Positions 57,583-64,000 of a stretch of 64,000 nt of DNA are shown piece after piece; position 1 is the stretch's first letter; the number at the start of each line of letters is the position of its first letter. The translations under genes were made by a program, and so were the position numbers. The notes beneath the pieces were generated by a model. It made no database searches. It was given only the letters and a program-made list of their open reading frames with translations, and was not told the origin of the DNA. Source of the DNA: Kiritimatiellia bacterium (lineage in GTDB: Bacteria > Verrucomicrobiota > Kiritimatiellia > CAIQIC01 > Lenti-01); assembly GCA_050176815.1 (NCBI GenBank), contig JBFXHR010000011.1, positions 1,055 to 65,054 of the forward strand, in the 5' to 3' direction.

Positions 57583-58983
57583 TCACGCCTTTGTGGCCGC
57601 TTGGCCTTTGGGGGTGTCTTTGACGGACCAGCCCCGCGCCGCGATTTCGTCGCGCAAGGCGTCGGACTGCTTCCAATCCTTCGCGGCGCGCGCGGCCTGG
57701 CGGCGATCCAGCAGATCCCGCACGTCGGCCGGAATCGCCTCCGCCGGCTTTTCCAGCACGCCCAGCGCGCCGTCCCAGCGGCGAAAGAGCTCCCGCATGG
57801 CCGCCGCCGCGGATGCGTCTAGCGCCTTCGCGTCCAGCGCCGCGTTGCCTTCGCGGATCGCGTCGAACAGAGCGCCCAATGCCGCGGACACGTTCAAATC
57901 GTCGTCCATGGCCGCCTCGAACCGTTCCGCCGCCGATTGGGCCCAGGCCGGCAGGCCCCCCGGCTTCGCGCTTCCCGCCGCGTCCGCCAGCCGCGCAACG
58001 AATTCGTCCACGCGGCGCAGCGCCGTCCGCGCGGCGTCCAGCGAGCCGAAGGTGAAGTTCAGCGGCGCTCGGTAATGCGTCGCCAGCAACTCGTAGCGCA
58101 CCTCGCGGCCGGAAAAGCCCCGCGCCAGCACGTCCCGCAGCGTGTGGAAATTGCCGCGCGACTTCGACATCTTCTGCCCGTCCACCATCAGGTGCGCGCA
58201 ATGCAGCCAATAGGTCGCGAACGGCTGCCCGCTGGCGGCCTCGCTTTGGGCGATCTCGTCTTCGTGGTGCGGAAAGACGTTGTCCACGCCGCCCGTGTGG
58301 ATATCGAAGCTGGGCCCAAGGTATTTTTGGCTCATCGCCGAACATTCAATGTGCCACCCCGGACGGCCGCGGCCCCACGGGGAATCCCAGGCCACGTCGC
58401 CGTCCTTCTCGTCCCAGGCCTTCCAGAGCGCAAAATCCGCGACGTTTTCCTTTTCGTATTCATCGGTGGAAATCCGCGCGCCCGCGCGCATCCCCGCGCG
58501 GTCCAGATGCGCCAGCTTCCCGTAGGCGGGCCACCGGTCGATGCTGAAATAGACCGAGCCGTCGTCGGAGCGATAGGCGTAGCCTTTTTCCTCCAGCGTC
58601 GAAATCAGCGCGATCATTTCGGGCACGTGGTCCGTCGCCGCCGGATAATGCTCGGCCGGCTCGACGTTCAGCGCCCGGATGTCTTCGAAAAACGCCTGCT
58701 TGTAGACCGCCGTGAAATCCGACAGCGGTTTTCCCGCCGCCCGCGAATCGCGGATGGTCTTGTCGTCCACGTCCGTCAGGTTCATGACCTGCGTCACGCG
58801 ATACCCCTTGAACTTCAGCCAGCGCCGCAGCAAGTCTTCGAACACGTAGGCCCGGAAATTGCCGATGTGCGCGAAATTGTAGACCGTCGGCCCGCAGGTG
58901 TACATCCGGGCATGCCCCGCCTCCAGAGGGCGGAATTCCTCCAGTTGCCTCGTCAGCGTGTTGTGGACGCGGAACGCGCTCAA
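57583..58983 (-). CDS. cysS: cysteine--tRNA ligase
   Basis: About 466 aa. HIGH-type [13 protein letters not shown] and KMSKS. The only in-frame start that keeps the conserved N-terminus ([11 protein letters not shown]) is TTG at 58983, overlapping the clpC stop (TTGA). The ORF track extension to 60903 is antisense to clpC. Confidence 0.88.
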   Translation of the reverse strand: MSAFRVHNTLTRQLEEFRPLEAGHARMYTCGPTVYNFAHIGNFRAYVFEDLLRRWLKFKGYRVTQVMNLTDVDDKTIRDSRAAGKPLSDFTAVYKQAFFEDIRALNVEPAEHYPAATDHVPEMIALISTLEEKGYAYRSDDGSVYFSIDRWPAYGKLAHLDRAGMRAGARISTDEYEKENVADFALWKAWDEKDGDVAWDSPWGRGRPGWHIECSAMSQKYLGPSFDIHTGGVDNVFPHHEDEIAQSEAASGQPFATYWLHCAHLMVDGQKMSKSRGNFHTLRDVLARGFSGREVRYELLATHYRAPLNFTFGSLDAARTALRRVDEFVARLADAAGSAKPGGLPAWAQSAAERFEAAMDDDLNVSAALGALFDAIREGNAALDAKALDASAAAAMRELFRRWDGALGVLEKPAEAIPADVRDLLDRRQAARAAKDWKQSDALRDEIAARGWSVKDTPKGQAATKA

Positions 58984-61529
58984 GCCGAACCATCCTTCTT
59001 TTTCCGGCGTTTCGCCGCCGGGTCCGCCTCGGCCGGCTCCACGCCGGCCGGCTCCGCCGCGGCTTCGCCCTTCGGCGGATGGAAGTCCAGCCGGTCGTCG
59101 CCGGTCTCCACCTCGACGATTTCCCCGTTGTCGATCTTTCCGCGCAGGATTTCCTCGGCCAACGGATTTTCCAGGAAGCGCTCCACGGCGCGGCGGAGCT
59201 GCCGCGCGCCGTACTGCCGGTCGAAGCCCTTGGCCATCAGGAAGTCGAACGCCGACGGCAAAATGGACAGCTTGATTTCCCGCGCCTTCAGGCGCGCCGC
59301 CACCTTGCCGATCTCGATTTCCAGGATCGTGCGCACGTCTTCCTTCTGCAACTGCCGGAAAACAATGACCTCCTCCACCCGGTTGAGCAGTTCCGGGCGG
59401 AAATTGCGCTTGGCGGCCTCCATCATCTGCTCGCGCAGCGTGGCGTAGTCGGCCTCCGCCGTGTGCCCGGCGAAACCCAGACCCGCGCCCTTGCGCACGA
59501 TGTCCGAGCCGATGTTCGAAGTCATGATGATGACCGTGTTGCGGAAGTCCACCGCGCGCCCCAGCCCGTCCGTCAGCCGCCCCTCCTCCAAAATCTGCAG
59601 CAGCATGTGCATCACGTCCGGATGCGCCTTCTCGATTTCGTCGAACAGCACCACGGAATACGGTCGGCGCCGCACGCGCTCCGTCAGCTGGCCGCCCTCC
59701 TCGTAGCCCACGTAGCCGGGCGGCGATCCCACCAGGCGCGACGCGTTGAACTTCTCCATGTATTCCGACATGTCGATCTGGATCAGCGCGTCGGGGCTGT
59801 TGAACATGAATTCCGCCAGCGATTTCGCCAGCAGCGTCTTGCCCACCCCCGTCGGCCCCAGGAAAATGAACGACCCGATGGGCCGCCGCGGGTCCTTCAG
59901 GTCCGCCCGCGAACGCCGCAGCGCCTTGCAGATCGACGAAATGGCGTCCGCCTGTCCAATGACCGTCTTGGTCAGGACGCTTTCCATCTCCAGCAGCTTC
60001 GCCGTTTCCTTTTTCTCCATCTTTTCCAGCGGGACGCCCGTCCACTTCGACACGATCAGGCGGATGTCCTCTTCCGTCACCTCCACGACCGTTTCGTTGT
60101 GGCGCTTGCGCCATTCCGCCAGCTCCCCCTCGAGTTCCGCGCGGGTCTTGCGCTCCTCGTCGCGCAGCTGGGCGGCCGCTTCGAAGCGCTCCTCCTGGAT
60201 CGCTTCGTTCCGCTTCGCCTGCAGCGCCACGATGGCCTTTTCCTTGTCCTTGACGCTGCCGGGACGCGTCATGGACCCGATGCGCGCGCGCGCGCCCGCC
60301 TCGTCGATCACGTCGATGGCCTTGTCCGGCAGGAACCGGTCCTGCAGATAGCGCGCGGAAAGCCGCACCGCCGCATCGAGGGCTTCCTCGGTAAACCGGG
60401 CGTGGTGGTGCGTCTCGTAGCGCCCCCGCAGGCCCTTGAGGATCTCGATGGACTCCTCGATGGACGGCTCGCGCACCAGCACGCTCTGGAACCGGCGCGA
60501 CAGCGCGGCGTCCTTTTCGATGAATTTGCGGTATTCGTTCAGGGTCGTCGCGCCCACCACCTGCAGTTCGCCGCGCGACAGCGCCGGCTTGAGGATGTTG
60601 GCCGCGTCCATCGCGCCCTCCGCGCTGCCCGCCCCCACCAGGCTGTGCAGCTCGTCCACGAACAGGATCACGTTTTTCACCCGGCGGATTTCGTCCATGA
60701 CCGCCTTGATGCGTTCTTCGAACTGGCCGCGGTACTTGGTTCCCGCCACCATCAGCGCCAGATCGAGCGAAATCACTTTCTTGCCGTGCAGCAATTCCGG
60801 CACTTCGCCGTTCACGATGGCTTGCGCCAGCCCCTCGGCAATCGCCGTTTTGCCCACGCCCGCTTCGCCTAGCAGCGCCGGATTGTTCTTCGTCCGGCGG
60901 CACAGGATGCGCATCACGCGCTCGATTTCGTCCGCGCGCCCGATCACCGGATCCAGCACTCCCTTTTCCGCCAAGGCCGTCAAATCGCGGCCAAAGGTGG
61001 ACAGCGCCGGCGTCTTCACGTCCTTGGGCGGCTGCCCCGGGCCGGGGCCCGGTCCGGATTCGCCCTCCGGTTCCTCCGCGCGGCCCGGCTCGTAGTTGGG
61101 ATCCAGTTCCTTCATCACCGCCTGGCGGGTCTTTTCCACGTCCACGCTCAGGTTGGACAGCACGCGCGCGGCCACGCCCTCGCCCTCGCGCAGGAGGCCC
61201 AGCAGGATGTGTTCCGTGCCGACAAACTCCACGTTCATCGCCCGCGCCTCGGTCCCGGCCAGCGCCAGCACCTTTTTCACCCGCGGGGTGTAGGGCACGT
61301 TGCCCACCGTTTTCATGTCCGACCCCACCCCGACGGCTTTTTCGACCTCCATGCGCACCGTTTCGAGGTCGAGTCCCATGCGGCGCAGGACCGTCACGGC
61401 CACGCCTTGCCCCAAGGCGATCAGCCCCAGCAGCAAATGCTCCGTCCCGATGTATCCATGGTTGAACCGGTCGGCTTCCCGCCGCGCCAGTTGCAGAACC
61501 TGCTGCGCTCTCGGCGTAAAATTGTTCAT
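58980..61529 (-). CDS. clpC: ATP-dependent Clp protease ATP-binding subunit ClpC
   Basis: 849 aa from [12 protein letters not shown]. Duplicated Clp N-domain repeats, two AAA+ modules ([16 protein letters not shown]), a UVR-like M-domain and an LGF ClpP-docking loop. Confidence 0.93.
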   Translation of the reverse strand: MNNFTPRAQQVLQLARREADRFNHGYIGTEHLLLGLIALGQGVAVTVLRRMGLDLETVRMEVEKAVGVGSDMKTVGNVPYTPRVKKVLALAGTEARAMNVEFVGTEHILLGLLREGEGVAARVLSNLSVDVEKTRQAVMKELDPNYEPGRAEEPEGESGPGPGPGQPPKDVKTPALSTFGRDLTALAEKGVLDPVIGRADEIERVMRILCRRTKNNPALLGEAGVGKTAIAEGLAQAIVNGEVPELLHGKKVISLDLALMVAGTKYRGQFEERIKAVMDEIRRVKNVILFVDELHSLVGAGSAEGAMDAANILKPALSRGELQVVGATTLNEYRKFIEKDAALSRRFQSVLVREPSIEESIEILKGLRGRYETHHHARFTEEALDAAVRLSARYLQDRFLPDKAIDVIDEAGARARIGSMTRPGSVKDKEKAIVALQAKRNEAIQEERFEAAAQLRDEERKTRAELEGELAEWRKRHNETVVEVTEEDIRLIVSKWTGVPLEKMEKKETAKLLEMESVLTKTVIGQADAISSICKALRRSRADLKDPRRPIGSFIFLGPTGVGKTLLAKSLAEFMFNSPDALIQIDMSEYMEKFNASRLVGSPPGYVGYEEGGQLTERVRRRPYSVVLFDEIEKAHPDVMHMLLQILEEGRLTDGLGRAVDFRNTVIIMTSNIGSDIVRKGAGLGFAGHTAEADYATLREQMMEAAKRNFRPELLNRVEEVIVFRQLQKEDVRTILEIEIGKVAARLKAREIKLSILPSAFDFLMAKGFDRQYGARQLRRAVERFLENPLAEEILRGKIDNGEIVEVETGDDRLDFHPPKGEAAAEPAGVEPAEADPAAKRRKKKDGSA

Positions 61530-62593
61530 GTCGTCCTTTTCGTCGTTCGTTTGGCCGGGCGGTCGCCCAGTTCGGTCCGCAGGCGCGTGGCCCGCTCCAA
61601 ATCCCGCTCGTCGCCGGCCATGCTGCGGCCCGCCACGGTTTGCAGATGCGCGGGCTGCACGTCCAGCAGCAACCGGTCCACCGTCTCCATCGGGATTTTT
61701 TTCGCCAGGCCCAGCGCGATGCCCAGCCGAAGCTCCGAGAGGCGCTCCAACGCCTCCTGGGTCGTCATCAGCCGCGCCGAGGTCAAAATCCCGGCGGCCC
61801 GCGCCGTCAAGTCTTCCGCGAAAAGTCTCCGCTCGCGCTTCAACCTCTCGCGCGCGTTCCGCTCGTGCCCGGCGATCTCCCTCACGATCTCTTCCAGATC
61901 CGACACGATGCGCGCTTCGGACGTGCCCAGCGTCAATTGGTTCGACACCTGGAACATGTGTCCCAGCGCCGCCGTCCCCTCTCCCCAGCGCCCCCGCACC
62001 GCCAGCCCGATTTTGTTCAACCCGTTGGCGATCGGCTCCATCTCGCTCATCAGCACCAGTCCCGGCAAATGCATCAGCACGCTTGCCCGCATGCCCGTGC
62101 CCACGTTCGTGGGGCAACTCGTCAAATAGCCCAGGGAAGGCGAAAACGCATAGTCCAGTTTTTGTTCCAGCGCGTCGTCCAGCGCGTTGGCATCCGCCCA
62201 CGCCTCGCGCAGCGCCAGGCCGGGCCGCAGCGCCTGGATGCGGAGATGGTCCTCTTCGTTCACCATCACCGCTTGCGTCCGCGCCTCGTTCATGCACACG
62301 GCCGATTCCAGGCGCTGGTCCAGCAGGTTTCGGCTGATCAAATGGTCTTCGAAGAGCCGTTGCCGGAACAGCGGCGTGGCCTCGGCCAAGGGCTCTTGGA
62401 TCGGCAAGAGATCCTTCGCCGCCTCCAGCACCCGTCGGCGAACGTCCGCGCGCGCCGCGGCCGGCGCCTGGTCGGGGAACGGCACGCCGCGCAGATTGCG
62501 GGCCAGCCGCACGCGGCTGCTCAAGGTGACGCCATAGGCTTCCGCATAGGCGTCGGACGTCCCATCGAGCGCGGCTGGGGGCGGCACGTTCAC
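61526..62593 (-). CDS. mcsB: protein arginine kinase (McsB, ATP:guanido phosphotransferase family)
   Basis: About 355 aa. Guanido-kinase motifs ([22 protein letters not shown]). GTG start at 62593 overlaps the mcsA stop (GTGA). Its stop overlaps the clpC ATG (ATGA). Confidence 0.85.
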   Translation of the reverse strand: MNVPPPAALDGTSDAYAEAYGVTLSSRVRLARNLRGVPFPDQAPAAARADVRRRVLEAAKDLLPIQEPLAEATPLFRQRLFEDHLISRNLLDQRLESAVCMNEARTQAVMVNEEDHLRIQALRPGLALREAWADANALDDALEQKLDYAFSPSLGYLTSCPTNVGTGMRASVLMHLPGLVLMSEMEPIANGLNKIGLAVRGRWGEGTAALGHMFQVSNQLTLGTSEARIVSDLEEIVREIAGHERNARERLKRERRLFAEDLTARAAGILTSARLMTTQEALERLSELRLGIALGLAKKIPMETVDRLLLDVQPAHLQTVAGRSMAGDERDLERATRLRTELGDRPAKRTTKRTT

Positions 62594-63108
62594 GCTTCGT
62601 CGCCTCCCGGCGGCAACGCCTTGATTTGGTCGCGCAGTTGGGCCGCCTTCTCGTAGTTCTCCCCGGCCACCGCCTGGTCCAGCTCGCGCCGCAGGCGCGC
62701 CATCTCCACCGACGCCTTCATGCGCGCCGAGGCCCGCCGCGGCACCTTGCCCAAATGCTGGTCGCCGTGCTGGATCGACACCACCACCGGCAGCATTTCC
62801 GCCGCAAACGCCTCGTAGCACCGGTCGCACCCCAGCCGCCCCTTCTTCACGATCTCCGCCCGCGTCATTCCGCAGGCCGGACAGGTCGCCGGCCCCTCCG
62901 GACGCGTCGACTCGACGTCCTCCTGCAAATGCGACAATTGCTCCTTCAGGTTTTCGAGCACGCCTCCCAGGTCGATGGGTTGGCCATGGACGTCCAAGCC
63001 TTTTTGTTCGGCGCACGCTTCGCACAGGTGGAATTTGGTCACCTTGCCGTCCACGATTTGCGTCAGATGGACGGTCGCTTCTTTCCCATGACAGTTCTCG
63101 CACAACAT
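62590..63108 (-). CDS. mcsA: UvrB/UvrC-motif zinc-finger protein (McsA-like activator of McsB)
   Basis: 172 aa. N-terminal CxxC pairs (CENCHG, CEAC, CPACG, CDRC) and a C-terminal UVR motif ([11 protein letters not shown]). Confidence 0.85.
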   Translation of the reverse strand: MLCENCHGKEATVHLTQIVDGKVTKFHLCEACAEQKGLDVHGQPIDLGGVLENLKEQLSHLQEDVESTRPEGPATCPACGMTRAEIVKKGRLGCDRCYEAFAAEMLPVVVSIQHGDQHLGKVPRRASARMKASVEMARLRRELDQAVAGENYEKAAQLRDQIKALPPGGDEA

Positions 63109-63216
63109 TGCCGGGAGACCCTACCACGCCGCCCCCTCTCTTTCCAGCTTCAAAACTTTTCCCGCGGGGGCAAAATTTTGTCGCGTTCGCAGGCCCTGCG
63201 GCCTACCATTCGCCTC

Positions 63217-63405
63217 ATGAAGTGGAAGGAAACCGCATCCGCCCTCTGGCTGCCCCTCAAGGCCTGCTTCGACCTGACGTTGAGCGAGCGGCGATTCCTG
63301 CTCGGGCTGCTGCTGCTGTTCTTCCTCGGCGTGGGCGCCCGCTGGCACCACCAGCGCAACGCCCGCTCCGCCCCGTATTCGCCGCCCCAGGAGCAACGCC
63401 CATGA
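63217..63405 (+). CDS. possible small membrane protein
   Basis: 62 aa starting MKWKETASALW, with a hydrophobic LLGLLLLFFLGVGA segment. Its stop overlaps the HIT gene start (ATGA). Confidence 0.35.
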   Translation: MKWKETASALWLPLKACFDLTLSERRFLLGLLLLFFLGVGARWHHQRNARSAPYSPPQEQRP

Positions 63406-63821
63406 CCGACTGCATCTTCTGCAAAATCGTCGCCGGACAAATTCCCTCCATCAAAGTCCACGAGGACGACGACGTCCTCGCCTTCATGGACATCGGCCCT
63501 CTCGTGAAGGGCCACGTCCTCGTCGTTCCCAAGGCCCACCACGATCCCCTCGCGGACACCCCCGACGACGTCCTGGCCAAGGTCATCGCCGTCGTCCGCC
63601 GCATCGTGCGCGCCCAGCGGGACGGCCTCGGGGCCGACGGCGCCAACGTGCACCAGGCCAACGGCGCCGTCGCCGGACAGGTCGTTCCCCACCTCCACTT
63701 CCACGTCGTGCCCCGCTTCAAGCACGACGGCCACCACTGGAACAGGACCCCCCACCCCAACGCCGACCACTCCGAAGCCACCGCGCTGGCCGACCGCATG
63801 AAAGCCGCGCTTTCCCGCTGA
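63402..63821 (+). CDS. HIT (histidine triad) family protein
   Basis: 139 aa. Starts MTDCIFCKIVAGQIP and contains the HxHxHxx motif (PHLHFHVVP). Confidence 0.9.
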   Translation: MTDCIFCKIVAGQIPSIKVHEDDDVLAFMDIGPLVKGHVLVVPKAHHDPLADTPDDVLAKVIAVVRRIVRAQRDGLGADGANVHQANGAVAGQVVPHLHFHVVPRFKHDGHHWNRTPHPNADHSEATALADRMKAALSR

Positions 63822-63825
63822 GACC

Positions 63826-64000
63826 ATGGAAGTTCCGCCCTTCGCCCAAGCCGTCGCCCGCATTTGCGCCCGCGACCGCCGCTATCCTCCGGAGGCCTAT
63901 CTCTTCCTCCACGAAGGCCTCCTGCGCACCCTGAAAAAGGTGCAGGAAGCGGAAAAGAAAACCCGCCAAATCACCGGGGCCGAACTGTCCGGCGGCCTCC
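63826..64000 (+). CDS. conserved hypothetical protein, partial (resembles the Minf_1886/TIGR04138-type family restricted to PVC bacteria)
   Basis: Own translation: MEVPPFAQAVARICARDRRYPPEAYLFLHEGLLRTLKKVQEAEKKTRQITGAELSGGL. The family assignment is from memory only. Truncated by the window end. Confidence 0.45.
   Translation, partial: MEVPPFAQAVARICARDRRYPPEAYLFLHEGLLRTLKKVQEAEKKTRQITGAELSGGL

Noticed and set aside
58984-60903. Upstream extension of the cysS reading frame (ORF 57583..60903, 1106 aa), and the extension of the clpC frame to 62297.
   Set aside because: The extensions run through clpC and mcsB in other frames with low-complexity Arg/Gly sequence. The conserved N-termini define the starts at 58983 (cysS) and 61529 (clpC).

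Overview
This is a 64-kb chromosomal segment from a high-GC bacterium (roughly 65% GC by eye). It is densely coded and consists mostly of housekeeping genes. Several features suggest a PVC-type organism (Verrucomicrobiota, Kiritimatiellota or Planctomycetota-like), though this is inference only: a prepilin-like N-terminus on an orphan small protein, a Minf_1886-like partial ORF at the right edge, Sel1 and GxxExxY proteins, and very large secreted proteins.

Gene content, left to right:
- lemA (partial), hom-lysC-cimA, rarA.
- A 925-aa low-complexity secreted protein.
- A GDP-mannose pyrophosphorylase and a rubredoxin. The rubredoxin is 52 aa and is absent from the ORF track.
- A 600-bp gene-free gap.
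- A TRAP transporter with a TatT-type TPR lipoprotein, then an orphan ParB/Srx protein.
- Thioesterase, pseudopilin, pyrH, frr, M23 peptidase.
- trmD, KH protein, rpsP, ffh, a membrane DnaJ-type zinc-finger protein, prmC, prfA, rpmE.
- A 1657-aa S8 protease, mgtE, an ABC-2 exporter, lgt, an aminotransferase, a tandem NDK-like protein and valS.
- An ECF sigma / anti-sigma / LTXXQ module next to proline-rich secreted proteins.
- hpt, cysE, tRNA-Lys(CTT).
- A long minus-strand string: mcsA-mcsB-clpC-cysS-(GxxExxY cassette)-tmk-holB.

Most interesting non-genic signals:
1. A 28-bp sequence at 10551-10578 closely resembles the XerC/XerD dif site. It sits between convergent gene blocks, and spot counts suggest a G>C to C>G switch there, so this is a probable replication terminus.
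2. Two perfect DnaA-box 9-mers lie 21 bp apart, about 100 bp from the dif-like site.
3. A low-GC GxxExxY (PD-(D/E)XK-like) gene is bracketed by perfect 23-bp inverted repeats inside the cysS-tmk operon.
4. A triple AT-rich 17-22-bp repeat lies between convergent genes at 49.9 kb.

I found no CRISPR array, rRNA, transposase, integrase or recognisable defence operon. All functional calls rest on motif recognition by eye; no database search was possible.
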